Assembly (NCBI GenBank): GCA_964016885.1 | Contig: OZ024745.1 | Coordinates: forward strand, 60,946,001 to 61,010,000 | Length of the DNA: 64,000 nucleotides | Origin: Eledone cirrhosa | Taxonomy: Eukaryota | Reading direction: 5' to 3' | Shown here: positions 38,732-55,545 of the stretch, piece by piece | Numbering within the stretch: the first letter of the stretch is position 1 | Layout: each line of letters opens with the position of its first letter | The notes under the pieces: model-generated | The model's database searches: none | What the model was told of the DNA's origin: nothing | Seen by the model: only the letters and a program-made list of their open reading frames with translations | Made by a program: the position numbers and the translations under genes

Positions 38732-39925
38732 ATAAACTTCGTTGCTAGTCATTGCTTACATTGGAATTAGAAAACACTCCTTTCGTGTAAAGCTGTTCGG
38801 ATCATTCGTGGAATAAACATTACTTGTGTGTGTCAGTTGAGAAACTTACAAAATTATGGTTTTCTAATTAACATAGTCGATCTGGTTTGCACTCCAATCG
38901 CAATATTTTCATGATTCAGTAAGTAAAAAAATAAGTAAAATAAAATGAAACGAACCTGTAGATGAGAAAATACTTAGAGAGAGGCGAATCAATAAGTTAT
39001 TTATAGGAATATGACATGGTCTAATTTAACGATTTGGTCTTCGGTGGCACGAGAGTGCTGTTAGTAAATATATAAATATATATATATACACATACACACT
39101 TGTTTTTTTTAACGCGATTAGGGTTTAATAGTATTTATCAAACATGACACACATCACTACTCTTTTAAGCACTTAGTTTTGCTGGCCAGGAAATGTAGGC
39201 TCTTGAAGAAAATTATTACTTCGGTAAAAGTAGTTTTTAAAAAACTAGGTTCCTGTGACATATTTGAACCTTGAGAGAATCTAATTCTACTTTTTGACCG
39301 TTATTAGCTAGCCACTATTGTACATTTTTACTGTTTATTTGGTATTATGTATGTCAAGTTATAAGAAGCACCGAATTATATAAAGCAGTTTGCACAGAGG
39401 AAATAAAATAATTTTACTTAATGCAGCCTGACATTTTATTGTGTCTTCATGGTCTAAAACATTACACCATTATATTGAGTTAAATAGAAGTTACTAAGTG
39501 GTGATAAAAAAATAAAGAACTTCCTCCCCTCAACAATTTGAAAGCTACTGAGTAATATTGTCTAAGATTTTATATGTGTCAGCGGGTAATATAGTTGTTG
39601 TAAAAAATACTTCTTAGTGGTTAGGTTGCTCGACTTAGTGGTTAGGTTGGTCGTCAGGCCGTGAGTTCGGTTCCCAGACTGTGCGGCAAGTCAGCTTGAC
39701 AAGTCAGCTTGACAAAAATGTGGTGATAATTCTTGTATAAATGTCCAAATTACAACTCCCTCCATTCCAGTTTATTCACTATGTATATTTGTAGTGGTTA
39801 GAATTAATTATATGCCCAGTATTTTACATATTAAGCTGTTTATTACATTTATATATTTTTATGCTCTTAGATTTAAATCTTAAAATAGCAATCTATAGAA
39901 TCCAAAACGCTTCCTATATATATAT

Positions 39926-40343
39926 AATTGTTTCTACTTTTGGCACAAGGCCAGAAAATTATCCAGTGCATTACTGGTACTTTATTTTATCGACTCCATA
40001 AGGATGAAAGGCAAAGTTAACCTCGGCGGGATTTGAACTCAGAATGGCAAGGGCCGTAACTCTATACGTCAAAGCATGGCGTCCAACCCTCTACCGATAC
40101 TGCCATCCATTCCTATATATATATATAATTGTTTCTTATATGGGCACAAGGCCAGCAGTTTTGGGGAGGGGGAAGTCGATTAAATCGACCCCAGTGCGTG
40201 ACTGGTACTTTATTTTATCGACCCCGTAAGGATGAAAGGCAAAGTTAACCTCGACGGGATTTGAACTCAGATCATAAAGGACCGTAACTCTATGCTGCAA
40301 AGCATGACGTCCGGCCCGCTACCGAAACTGCCAATCCACCGCC
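39926..40343 (-). mobile_element. Two tandem SINE family A copies
   Basis: 39926-40108 and 40126-40343, each flanked by ttcctatatatatatata. Confidence 0.85.
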
Positions 40344-40570
40344 CTTTTCCTATATATATATATATATATATAATGAGAGAGAGAGAGAGATGTAAAATCC
40401 TAACCATGACGCCAAGTGGTATCAGCTTGAGTGACAAGGCTTGCTGAACACTCAAGACGTAAATGCCTGGTCCACAGTTTGGATTTTTCATATCTCTATA
40501 TCCACTCTACATCTCCACATGCATTGAGTACTTCCATGATTAGTGGTTTCGTTGGTCTCAGCACCACAGA

Positions 40571-40608
<38 letters not shown>

Positions 40609-40650
40609 CATCATCATGATTGTTTTTACATCTGTTTTTCTACATGTGCA

Positions 40651-40731
<81 letters not shown>

Positions 40732-41647
40732 ATCAGACAAGCTAAGGGAAATTTTATTGCTGGCAGGAACACAATCAATACTAGAAAAAAATATATATGA
40801 AATTTATCACTTAGATTTAAATGAAAGTTCAGGGTAAATGAAATCAAGTGACCATGAAATGACTGGCATAAGATCAAGTGACCATGAAATGACTGGCATA
40901 AAATCTAGTGACTATGAAAAGAATAGCATGAAATTGGCTGGTAACTCAATGCAATTTTATGATATTCCTAGCTACTGCAGTGCAAAAAGAGCAGCTATTA
41001 AATTGTAGATGTAAGATTAAAAAATAAATGCATGACTACTCTATTGAAGAGGAGTGAGTTCAAATTGAATGATTAGGCATAATTACATCTTCAAGAAGAT
41101 GTCTGATATTCATTCACTTTCGGTGAACATAGCCTTGGCCAGGGGGGTGTTGGTATCATCAGACAGTGTCCAATGTTTATTGGGTGTTTTAACCTTCAAC
41201 CGTTACACCCTCTTGCTGGTGGGTCAGCAGTGGTGGCCAAATTATTACCCATCTTTGCCTCTGGGCTTCCAACTTATCTCCTCCCTTGAACTTCTTCCTG
41301 TCATTCCAAATAAATAAATTATTCTCAACATTATAAGCAGGAATTTGAGACAAAAAATATCTACAGACCTACCAATAGTACTGAGAACTATATATCATTT
41401 ACTGAGTAACAACAATCTTAATTACATTACAAATGTTTTGCCTTTGCATCTTCTCATATCCAGTGCTATAAATTATTTCTGTTATTTTAACTATTTTGTT
41501 ACCATATTTCTAATGAAATTCCAATGTGTTTCAATTACTTTTGGAAATAATAGAAAATTTGGAGGAATTTAGTAAAATAACACTTTTGTTATTAGGTTGG
41601 TTATTTTTGGAACATAACTTAACAAAAGGTTCTTAGATAAAATAATG

Positions 41648-41863
41648 GTTTCTGATGTAGGCACAAAGCCAGCAATTTGGAGGCAGAGGAAAATCAATTA
41701 AATCAAACTCAGTGCTTGATTGGTACTTTATATTATCGACCCCATAAGGATGAAAGGCAAAGCTAACCTCAGCGGGATGGGGTTTGAACTCAGAACGTAA
41801 AGTGCCGTAACTCTATGCCACGAAGCATGGTTTTCAACATTCTACTGATACTGTCAATCCACT
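41648..41863 (-). mobile_element. SINE family A with 19-bp TSD nested in a TTAA-type MITE
   Basis: TSD gttcttagataaaataatg at 41629-41647 and 41864-41882. Confidence 0.88.
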
Positions 41864-42804
41864 GTTCTTAGATAAAATAATGTTGGAAGGTTTTAATATA
41901 AGTATGAAAACATTAAAATGGACGGTTTTGTGCCATAGGACCAGGGGCGCTTTCAGGTAAATTGGTATGAAAAGTGTCAACTATTTTGTTGAACTATCTG
42001 TCACCCAATAAGCAATAGCTTTGTAATTTTAGTCCTATCAGGGAACATTTTTTGTGGCTTGATCAAAGGAAGAAAGGCAGCATCATTACCCTTTGCAGGC
42101 CCTTTGACTGAGACGAAGGAAGGGAACTATCTGAAAGCCTGAGACATGGTCTAAATACTTTCATCAGAGTGAACTCTACTAAAGGCACTCAAGGACCAAA
42201 TATTTGTTGTGTCAAACCAGGTAACTGTTCCACCCAGTTAATTTTTCTGACTCATATTGGTAAATATAATCATCATCAGTTAACATCTGTATTCCTTACA
42301 AGCAAAGTTTAGGTGGATTGTTACAGACCAAGTCAGTACTTAATCAATGCTATGGACCATGTATGTCTCTTTGTAAAAAAAATGTTTGTCTTGCCATGTT
42401 GAGAGACTTTAGACTGTAAATGTTTTCTCTTTTGTAAAGGGAAAGATCAAAAGTATAATTAATTTTATAACAAAAAAAAGTTATTTTACATTTTTATTTT
42501 GCTTATAACGAAAAACCATTAAAATAATTAAAAAAACAAGCTGTGCCGAGAGCAGTGTATGATCATAGCTTTATTTTTAAATTGCCCTGGTTTGCAAGAT
42601 GTATAGACATTCCTAATTCAATGTGCTTTCCAGAAAAGGTTTGCTGACCACCGATTTAAAACATTGTCATTTTTGGTTTATTGTTTTATCATTACCTTTC
42701 TCAGAGATTCGGATATCAATGGCATGAAGGTATCTTTCGGTTGTGACCTAGTATAAAAACTTGCACCTGAAGCCTAGTGGTGATATTTAAAACAAGGTAA
42801 CAGA

Positions 42805-43006
42805 TTAACCCTTCAGCATTTACATTACTCTATATATACTAGTGTATTTTTGTGGTAAAGGCTTTATCTCACATAATATCAAATCTATGAGATTTTGAGA
42901 ACACTACCTTAACATCAGTATGAGTGGCCGACTAATGACTAGTTTGAACAGAAAGAGGTAAGGGATTTCTGGCCGGATATGGCCAGTTTAAATGCTAAAG
43001 GGCTAA
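42805..43006 (+). mobile_element. TTAA-flanked (piggyBac-like) MITE family D
   Basis: TIR ttaacccttcagcattta / taaatgctaaagggctaa; copies at 52777-52955, 52977-53189 and 63937-64000. Confidence 0.8.
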
Positions 43007-43573
43007 GTCTGTTGCTTAAAAAAAAGAAACAGAAAACAGGTATCTTTAACTAATTTCACTCAGTAGGATTTGCTCAACGTCCTATGTAGTGGGATTGAAC
43101 TCCAAATCACTACTATAGTTGTGAAGTGAATGTCTGCACCCATACACATATGTATTTATTTCCCAAATACATACACATACATACAGATCTCTCTCTAGGT
43201 TTAATCAATACATATAAATTATATATCAATAATGTATCTCAGTAAAAAGCTCAATAAACTTGTTCAGAGCATCTATATATATTGTTGTATTTGGGGATAG
43301 TCATGTTGCCAATAGAAACACATGTACCATATGATTTTCACTTTAACTTTGTTCATTTGTCAAAGTTCTTTCGTCACTCATTCTATAACCTCCTCAATGA
43401 CTATCTGTTTAGTGCCTATTCTTTTTCCTGGTCTTAAACTTCTACTCCATCTTATCTTTGTCTGTTTTGTGGTGTCTGTGCATGTGTTTGCACCTGCATC
43501 TCTGTATGTGTTTTTGTGTTTGTCATGTCTATGTATGTGTGGGTTTGAATCGTTGGCTGTTTGTATTTTCTTT

Positions 43574-45325
<1,752 letters not shown>

Positions 45326-47412
45326 TATATATGTGTGTGTGTGTGAAATACAAACACACACATATCTCCTATGTTCTCTAATAATAATAGATTTTGCTAA
45401 AAGCTTAAATATTTTATTTTAATCACTTTTGTTTTCTTTTTTTATTTCTGTATTTATCATTAAATAAGTGCATACTTTGGTTAATTCTGTATATGACTTT
45501 TATATATGAATTCTTGGCCAGAGATATTTACTGTTTGATGTTCTTCCTATTACTAACTTCTAGCTAACAGAATATCTCTACTACCATAGTGTTACCTCAG
45601 TAACTTGCTGTTGTCTTTTCAACATAATCATGAAATCTAAGATTACTTCATGAAGAGGTAGAGATATTATCATTGTTATTTTATGTCCATTTTTCTATGT
45701 TTACAGAGGTTAGATGGTCTTCTCCAGCATAAGTTCCCTCCACTTGTCGTTTTTCTTTGTCATTGTCTCTGACAGGTTCAGTGTTTTGAGATCAGCTCTC
45801 ACTATTTTTGCCGAGGATTTCTTCTGTTCCAATGTATTTCTAACTTCTTAAGTAATGCAACTGGCAATTAAAAGTAGTTTGTAGTTTTACTTCTCCAAGA
45901 ACTAAGAAGACCTTAACTTCACCTTCCTGTGTGATTGCTTGACCTAGTAGAAGTGGCAGTCAAATCTTTCTCCAATCACTCAGAAAAACACATTTGATAA
46001 TGTAGTCCTAGATACATTATGCTAAAAAAAAAACCCATAAAAACCTGGAACATCTCCAATAATAGGATTGATCAATCAAAGTCTGACATTTTAGAATTGT
46101 TTTTGTCAGGGAAGGAAGGGCAGTACTTATGACCTTTTGCAGTGTCTCCAAGACTTAGTGAAAAGAAGAAGGTATCTTCAAACTGGAGACCTAGCCCCAA
46201 AGCTGGCGGCATGGTAGACTCTACTAAAGCCACCCAAGGACCAAGTGGTGGTGTTAAACCAGGCAGTTGTTAAGTTACATACCCAAGTAAGTCACAGTGA
46301 AATATGAACAAATACTGCAAAGCATCTCATCCAAAATTCAAACAATTTAGTCAATTCACCATCGTAGACTTGGATTTCATTTTGTCCCAAAAGGATAAAA
46401 TGCAGAGTTGATCATGATAGGATTTGAACTCAGAGGGCAGAGAGCCATCTATGGTCATTGAAATAACTAATACAGTTGGATCTAAATTGATTACAAATTT
46501 ATTGGCCCACAATGTCTTCATCCATAAAATGTATGTATGTGTGTGTGTATCTGTACACGTTTGTCTATGTATATAAACAAACTCCATATATGCAAACTTA
46601 TTGAATATATTATTTACTTTTGAATTGTTATTAGAGCAAGTAAAAGATTGCACTGAACATTTTTTAAATTGCACTTTTCAAACACAAATCGAATGCGCCT
46701 GTGCTAACTACTTGGAAGCAGACTGATGGATGGACGCGAAACCGATTTTATTATTAAAGATATGATAGCTTTTCATGTTCAAATGTCCAACAAAGCTTTT
46801 GTTCGTCATCATCATTTCATTTTACGTCCGCTTTTTCCCTGCTTGCAAGGGTGGGACAGGAACTGATTCTGGCTTGATTTCTACAGCTGGATGCTCTTCC
46901 TAACACCAACCTCATTTACAGTGAGTGCTGGGTGCTTTTTTGCCGTGGCACCTCCACGACCACTTTGCAGTGGAATGATATGGACCCCAGTCCCTATCAT
47001 CTCATTTCTACAGCTGAGTAAACTGGAGCAATGTGAAATAAAGTGTCTTGCTCAAGGAAACAACACATCACCCGGTCTGAGAATTGAACTCACAACCTTT
47101 CGATTGCAAGGGCAATGTCCTAACCACTAAGCCATGTGCCTCATAGACGTATTAATAATAAAATAATGACCATATTTCATTCCCCCCCCCCCCCACACAC
47201 ACACACACAAACCTTGTGCCAACTTAAAAGGAATCAATATTGAATGTAATATTTTTGAATATCAGTATGCTTTAAGAAAAAAATATTTTATCTATAATCT
47301 TTAACTTAGCTGGGTTATCTATTTGTTTTGTTTGTGTAAGAACTGCTATGTAAATGTCAGAGAACAATATGGTACTCTCAGTAAACATTGGGGTCACAGC
47401 ATATGATATATA

Positions 47413-47457
<45 letters not shown>

Positions 47458-48271
47458 GCATGTGTGTGTGTTGCCACAACCAGCATGAAGTAAACTGAGT
47501 AGCTAAGGTATTGGAGCATTTATTAGTGTATATTCCTTTCAATTCCACTGCAAGTATTTCATTGTGCTTTGAGATGACGACACTTCATTCATCATACTGT
47601 TAAGAATAGCTCTAGCATTCCCTTCCAAGAGAAAATTTAAATCTTATGTTTAATGCCAGAGAATCCAATGCACATGTTACCATTGACCACCTGACATGGA
47701 AAGGAATGATTAGAAGGAATGGCGACCCTCATCTAAATACAAATGAAGAGACCTTACTCGACTTCTGTTCTAACAATGGACTCTTTATTGTGAACACTTT
47801 CTTCCAGCTCAGAAACATCCATAAATATACATGGTATAAGGGGAATCAGGGACAGAGATCAATAATGATGTTTAATGCCATGAAACTAGAACAAAGCATT
47901 ACTATACTTATGTTGTTTATATTACTACTATTAATGTCAATAGTGGATTCAATATCTTCATTGTAAAATCTTAAAATTGCTTATTTGCAAGTTGTTTTTG
48001 TGCCGGGAAATATGGTACATTTGTAACCTCCATGATCACAAAATATGATTATATCTCTTTTATGTAGTCAGTAGTTTGAGACTGGTAAAATAATACACAT
48101 TGTCTTTGAACATAGTACAGTATTGATTTGTAATATTGGTACAAGGCCACATATTTATAGAAAAGGAGTATAGTCAGTCGAACCACCCCAGTACATAGCA
48201 GGTATTTATGTTATTAAACCTTGATATATGATAAAACAAAGTTGACTTTATCCCTATTTGTGTGCCCTATA

Positions 48272-48551
48272 TATGAGGGGTTGCTGAAATGTTCCTGGAT
48301 TTAAGGATAGAGCTGTTACTTTTATAGGGGAGGTTGGACCGCTGCAATAAGTGACTCTAAGAGGGCAATATGTTGCATAAAATCATAATTAACTGACCCC
48401 CTCCCCATATTTTCTTGTAACTGACTCCACTATATTTTCTTTTAACTCATCCTCTTGTATTTTGTTTTAACTCATCCTCCTGTATTTTATTTTAAATGAT
48501 CCTCCTGTATTTTATTTTACCCTAAGCCAGAAACTTTTCAGCAGCCTCTTA
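48272..48551. mobile_element. Mariner-type MITE
   Basis: TA-flanked TIRs tatgaggggttgctgaaatgttcctgg / ccagaaacttttcagcagcctctta; internal about 25-bp tandem repeats. Confidence 0.75.
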
Positions 48552-50162
48552 TAGTAATGGTGTTACTCAATATTATAAAGCAACTAGCCTTCTGCTTTGT
48601 TGTTTTGTTTTTCTTATTTTTCTACCTTCACTATTGATTTCCCATACATGTTCTGTTACCTTAAGTTCTCAGCCATATCTCTCTTCCATCTACTGCTGCA
48701 ACATCAATAATATCTAAAATAAAAATGTGAAGTTCCTTTATTCAAGCTTCTTTGTGACAAATGTTTGCTGAGTAATGTTTTATCATAAAATATAGATCAA
48801 TATATCTACCTAATCTTTATTGTGATGGTTTATTAAACAATAAAAAAAAAGACATGATCTACTGAATCACATTTTGCATGTCTTATCATAGGAGATTGTG
48901 CAATAATAGACTACAGTAGAGCCTTGTACACCATATTGTTGAAAATTGAACCTTGTAAATGTGGAGATCAAATTCATTGCAGTCGTTTGGCATTTTTGGC
49001 AATACGGTGCTTTGGATTGCATTGATTTATTTTGGACATAATCCATTGAAAGAGTGTATGATCAGGGAGAGGGTAGATGCCAAACTTTGTCAAAGACTTT
49101 TCTGTGGAGGATACTCATTTGGACGTCAGTCACACACTTGCTTATACTTCAATGAAAATTGATAGCGTTTTCGTGATTTCAATGCATTATCAATTAGGCA
49201 CAAGGGCAGCAAATTCATGAGAAGAGCAAAGTCGACCAAGTATAAACATTAATGAAACTCAAGAAGAGCACTTTCTCAAATGGCTTAGTATCTTGCTAAC
49301 AATAGGATTCATTCCAAGCTTCAGTTTATTCATGACAAGAGTTTTCCTTTTGTAGGATGTCTTAAGAGTTTTCTCTTCAATAGAAGTTTCCTGAGAAGGT
49401 TTATTAGCAGAAAGTAATTAGTGTTAATACAGCAAATAAATTATCAACTCTATAGCTATTTGAAGTAGCTGTAGGGCTGTGAAATAAATATTGATAGATC
49501 TCGTTTTATAAACCTCACATCTGAGTTATAGTGTGACAAAAGGATTGTAAAATAAACATTGTTATCACATGACCACTGCATTAAACACTTAACACTAAGC
49601 CCTTGTAATGACTAAAAACCACGGAGAATAAACTGAGGGTTTGTAGGTCTAGCTTGATAATTCCTGCTTAATCATTTCTTTTACTCCTTCTTTTATATTC
49701 AGTGGGGATTAATTTTTAATGTACTGTAGTGTGTGTGTATATATATATATACACACATGCACACATATACAAATACGCATCTTACTACAGTATATTAAAA
49801 ATATATATTTATGTGAGTGTGTGTGTATAAACAGAAAGCAACTTTGTTTTCAGACATGTTATATTAAAGACACACACATAAAAATACAAAACGTCTTAAT
49901 GATCTGTGTGTGTGTATATATGAATGAATGTATATGTTAAAACTGATATTTCATAGCACACTCAGAATAAGCATACCACAATTATGTTATTTTACATAGT
50001 TCTGTTAGAAAAGAGGAAATGTTTGATATAAAAAATTGCACGTGAGCATGGCACTTGTGACAAGGAAGTAGGTTACTGAATCATGATTCTTTTTGACAAA
50101 ACACTATGCCAATGTTTATTATACATCCTTTTTGAAGCTGCAATAACTATTCTGGAATATTT

Positions 50163-50372
50163 ATTTCTACTTTTGGCACAAAGCCAGCAATTTGAAAGGA
50201 AGGAGGGTAAGTCAATTAAATGAACCTCAGTGTGTTACTTGTATTTTATTTTATCGACCCTGTAAGGATGAAAGGCAAAGCTATAACCTCTGCAGAATTC
50301 AAACTCAGAATGCAAAGGGCCTAACTATATGCTGCAAAGCATTTTGTCTGATGCTCTAACGACTCTGCCAAT
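50163..50372 (-). mobile_element. SINE family A
   Basis: Colinear with other copies. Confidence 0.8.
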
Positions 50373-52278
50373 TACAACCTTTGTGGAATTGCTGTGAAAA
50401 ACAGTATGTTATTATTGCTTTTGATTACCTATATCTCAGTCAACTTTGTTTGAGCAAACCTTGACCTATATCATAGAAGGCAGGGAATTAAAATAGGGAA
50501 CTTGTTCATGGAAATATTGGTCTAATGTTTAAGAAGCGCAACAATACGATATGGCAGATTTCATGGACTCAAAACTATATAGAGAAAAATATCACTAAAA
50601 TTCAACAAAGCCTTTGGTATTTTGTGTTGGCAAGGGTCTGTATAGTAAAAGCCCAAAATGTATGTAATGTATTTCTTCTCATCCCAGCTCACTAACATGC
50701 CTCATTTTGTACCATAAGTACAGTATAAAACTAATGTACTGTGTACAGAATAGCTGAGTATATAGGGTATTGGACTAGCATGGGGTTGTTGCAATTAAAG
50801 TTCAAATCTGTTGTATGCATATTGTTTTGTATATAGGCTGTGCAATATTCTTAATTCTGTATACATTAGGAAACATGGGGAAAGAGACTGATATCCTATA
50901 CAGAGAAATATTTATCTACTAAGTATAGTGAAATCAGAGATAAGTACTCACCTTTAACAGCCCCTTATGGCTTGCTTTAAACAATCATTATTCTTATCAC
51001 TGACTACAACTTGCGCTTGTGACAAGTCCAATCACAGATGTGCCACATATTTCATTCCATTCTAGGTGTCCTAAATTCATCACCTACTATTCCATCTTCA
51101 GTGTCTTCTTCATAGTTTTGAAAGAACACCTACAGATCATCCTCTCATGGTCAGTCCCCCAATTATAACTTGGTTAGAGGGCAACTATGTGTGTATCACA
51201 GGTGCTGAACAATCTTCAGCCATCTTCCTGTAATCAAGTATGAAACTGTCACCCCATGCTAAGTTCTTGACCAAATTGGTTGGTGATAGGAAGGGTGCCC
51301 AGCTGTAGAAATCTTGCCAAATAAAGGGTTGGGAGGAAATCCCTCAGTGGCTGCTACATTTCGATAGTCTAGATGGCTTTCAATGTCAACTGGATCTAAC
51401 TTTATGGTGACTGCCCACTGAAGACCAATAGGCTTTAGTGACACTTTTTCTATCCTCAAAATTATGATATACAATGTCATACAATATATTTATATATATC
51501 ATTGTGTCCTCACTAGAGTCTGGTATCATCATCATTTAGCATCCATCTTCCACGCTGACATGGGTTGGATGGTAATAATACTGTATATTCAATATGAAAT
51601 CTCTTAATAACATTGATTAATTTTGACTGACAGCATATAAAAAACACTACTGCAGAATATAAAATAGTATCTAAATATTTTCTAAATCCTCAACTGACAT
51701 TTTGAAGCTGGGGTTAGCTCCAGATATGACACCAGTCTATCTTTCACAGATACTGTATTATTTGCCTCTGTTGAACCTTTTCTTTTAAGAGGAGAATGAA
51801 GGAGAGTTAATTCTATCTCTTTTCATATCAATTTTGATACTTTTCAAGGTTCCATTATCTCCTTGTTTTTCTGTAGAGAGTGTTACTACATCTTTATTTT
51901 GAAGTGTGATCATATTGTGTTTATATATGCATGTTTCTATGGATGTTAGAGAGAGAGAGGGAGAGAGCTTTCTGGGTTCACAAATTTTGGGCTTGCTTTT
52001 TTTCTTTTCTTTTACTAAAATCACAACACCAATACAATAATGAATGAGTGTTTATATGCAAATTGAGATGGTATTGCAATAAGTGAGTTTAGTCTTGTAA
52101 TTGTTATTTTCTATTTGTCTAATAAGTTGGGTGACATTCAGTGTGTAAGATCAGGTTGAAATGTCGTCTGGTGCTATGTTTAGTGTATCAGGAAGCTGAT
52201 AGTTAATAATGTTCTACTCATTTATTGGGTGTGACTGAGAAAATAATCTGTGATATATATATATATATATATATGCAT

Positions 52279-52395
52279 GTGTATACACACAGGGTGTCCC
52301 CAAATATTGTATACACATTTCAACAGCATTCTAATAAATATTGTCTGTACAGGTAATCAAAGTGTATGTACATTTTTTGATAGGACACCCTCTGT
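52279..52395. mobile_element. Tc1-like mini-MITE
   Basis: acagggtgtccc...tgtatacacatt / aagtgtatgtaca...ggacaccctctgt inverted ends. Confidence 0.6.
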
Positions 52396-52776
52396 CTGTG
52401 TCTGTGTGTGTGTGTGTGTACTTTTTGTGTGTGTTTTGCATGGAGCATATAAAACAAAATGAAAAAGAACGGAGCAATAATAGTCACTGAGAAAGTCACA
52501 GATTGTGTGGCAAAAGGGTTTTAACAATTAAACAAACATCTGGTTACTAAACTAACCAATTACTGCATAGTGTGTAATTGGTATACACACACACATATAT
52601 ATTTATAAAATCAGTTACAGCATTGGCATTATGCAGATACTCTGCCATCTATGTGTGTGTGTATATATATATATTAGAATGTCTTATGGTATTCATTCTG
52701 GCAATCATCACACTGAGTTCAAATCCCATTGATGTCAAATAAAATATGAGCTAGTTCAGTTCTGCATATATGTATA

Positions 52777-53527
52777 TTAACCCTTTAACATTACTCTATA
52801 TATACTATTGTATTTTTGTGGTAAAGGCTTTATGTTACATAATTATCTTACATAACATTGAATCCATGAGATTTTGATATTATTTATTTTGAGCACATTA
52901 CCTTAACATCAGTATGAGCGGTCGGTTAGAGCCAGTTTCAATAGGTGAGAGAATCCTTCACCCATACTTCATTCAGTTAACCCTTTAGCATTTAAACCAG
53001 CTGTATCCGGCCAGAATTCTCTCACCTCTTTCTGTACAAACTGGCTGTAACCAGCCGCTCATACTGATGTTAAGGTATTGTGTTCAAAATAAATATCAAA
53101 ATCTCAAAGATTTGATATTATGCGAAGTAAAATCTTTACTGCGAAAATACAATACTATATATAGAGTAATGTAAATGCTAAAGGGTTAACCTTTTCATAA
53201 CCATATTTCTAATAAAAATCACTTTGAAAATAATCAAGAATTTGGTGCATAACTTTAATACGGGTTCTTACATAAATTATGATGAAAGGATTTTAGAAAA
53301 GGTGTTAGGTAGGGCATCCAACTGTAGAAACCAAGCCAGAAACAGTTTTGTATGATCAAAGCTAGTCACCTGATTTGACTTGCCTCAAACGAGACAACCC
53401 GTCTAACCCATGCTAGTGGGGAAAATGGACATTAAACGGTGATGATGATGATAAACTCTTTCGAATAATCAGCTTAGTATCACAGAACTAGAGGCAGTTT
53501 CAGGCGAATTGATAACAAAAGGGTTAA
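52777..53527. mobile_element. Stack of TTAA MITEs: D(+, truncated), D(-), C(+, with SINE tail inside)
   Basis: D(-) 52977-53189 has perfect TTAACCCTTTAGCATTTA TIRs and shares the TTAA at 53186-53189 with the family C copy ending aaagggttaa at 53527. Confidence 0.78.
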
Positions 53528-54036
53528 AGTTGATTTCTTACCAAAACTCAAGTCAGTCATTATGAGAACAGAGAAAACAGTTCATTTATCACCCCTAGAG
53601 TATTGCTGCTACTTATTTTATACAACCTTCAAGGTAGGAACTTAGAATTATAAGGCCCCACACTAAATACTATAAAATCTCCAATATAGTACTGCTTTTA
53701 CAGTTAAATACCAAACTAAGAGCATATAATATAATTTAGTTTGGCAGCTACATATATTTTCATTTTGGATTGAGGCAAATAAAAACAAAGATTATTGCCT
53801 TATTAACCTATATTCAAACTAATTTATGTCTATTTGACCCTATTTCTATTTTTTTTTTCACTCTAGCATTTTATAAATATATATTGCTTCTCACATTATC
53901 TGTAATCTCCCTTCCTCCTCCCATTTTCTCTCTCCCCCTCTCTCTCTTTCATTTTAACCTTTTTCTTAAATATTATACTGAATACCTATTTATTATACTT
54001 TCAATCTTATAGACATTTTATCTGACTATTATCTAT

Positions 54037-54325
54037 CATCATCATGGTCCCTTAACCCTTTTCGGGGTCATTGGGATGCTGCACCAACTGCCTCCATCTC
54101 TGGTGGTCCTGAGCAAGTGCTTGGCTTGTGGTAAAGTTCTTTCTCGCCCACTCAGCTATGTTGTCTGTCCACCGCTTCCTCTGTCTGCCCCGTCCTCTCT
54201 TTCCTCACACTGTTCCTTGGAGAATTGTCTTAGAGTCCATCCGATCTTGTTACATGCCCATACCACTTCAGCTTCCTCCTCTTCATTGTGATCAGCAGAT
54301 CTTCATAGTGGCTCACGAGCTGGTG
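54037..54325 (-). mobile_element. RTE LINE 3' fragment
   Basis: EDLLITMKRRKLKWYGHVTRSDGL...ILQGTV.GKRGRGRQRKRW; (ATG)n tail. Confidence 0.8.
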
Positions 54326-55019
54326 CTGGGTGATTCTATATCTATATCTCTGTGTAAAAAAAAAGAATAAAAATGTGTATTTTAATCTGAGTATCACCAT
54401 CATCATCATCATTAGATTATTCCATCTTCCCTTTTAATTTACAGATCGAGTTAGTACAGATGTGGCGATACTGACCTTATAGATGGGCTGGGGGCCCAAC
54501 ATCTTGCTAACAAACATTTCCGCACTCTACCAAGTGCATTTCATCATGGCACCAGCAAAAGGTCTTTGTCATGAATGATAATATAGCCAATTAAATTGGT
54601 TTAGGGAAGGATTTGTCTCTTATTCACTTAACATTTTGGAAACTAGTTAAGCATGGTTAATCCTTTTAACTCCTATGTCTACAAAAGCATTTACCGATAA
54701 CGCTTGTGTTCCTTGTTTTTATTAATCAAATAGAGATGGAAGGCAAAGTTAACTGCAGCAATTGGTTATGAAGTCTGCAACTATTTCTTGCAACTAGTTT
54801 CTTATCCAGGTTGACAATATTTCACCTTTGTCATTAGTTCTATGAGAAAGGAATTCATATTTTTATTGTTGATAATTCTGAAATATTCATGGTAGATTAT
54901 ATCAAAATATTTTGGTTTGATTTTAATGAAACAAAAGTGTAGTTAAGTTTTGAAAATGTTACTTGATCAATATCTAACCACCCATCACCACCACTTCTAT
55001 ATAGTCTTTTATATTATCT

Positions 55020-55545
55020 ACTTCTTCTTTGCCCACTTATTCTTGAGAGAGTCTTGGGAGCAGAGACCCCAAACACTCCTTCCAGCGGGTCCTGTCAGAA
55101 ACAGCTGTCTCCAACTGATCTGGCTGGATGCCCGAGCAAAACCAGCCAAGCTAATGGATGTTTTCCAACCATCTTGCTTGGGGTCTACCCCAGGCTGGTT
55201 TTGTCCATAAAATCTGTCCAGCGATTCTTTCCTGAGACATTCTAACCTACATGCCCATAGTATCGGAGCTGTGATTTCTCAATTCGGAGAAGTAGTGCCT
55301 GTACCTGGTGTGACTCTCTGATCTCCAAGCTTCATGCTCTATCGAGTATCGTTACTCCAAAGACCCTTCAGAGGAACCCCTTTTCGGTTGCTTGTATTTG
55401 CAATCATGTTCTCATGGTCTTTACCCAAGATTCATAACCATAGGTAAGGGTTGACATGAATAATGAATTGAAGATAGTGAGTTTGGCTTGCACACCTACC
55501 TCCCTTCTTCTGATTACTGAATGCTGAAGCATTACTGCACAAGCT
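55020..55545 (-). mobile_element. RTE-like LINE 3' fragment; related piece at about 24085-24310
   Basis: LRIEKSQLRYYGHVG.MSQE...; (AAG)n-like tail at about 55020. Confidence 0.7.

Noticed and set aside
48860-48930. LIIGDCAII peptide as candidate DOCK exon 2 (IGD motif)
   Set aside because: In-frame stop just upstream, no acceptor and no AIYNY-like start.
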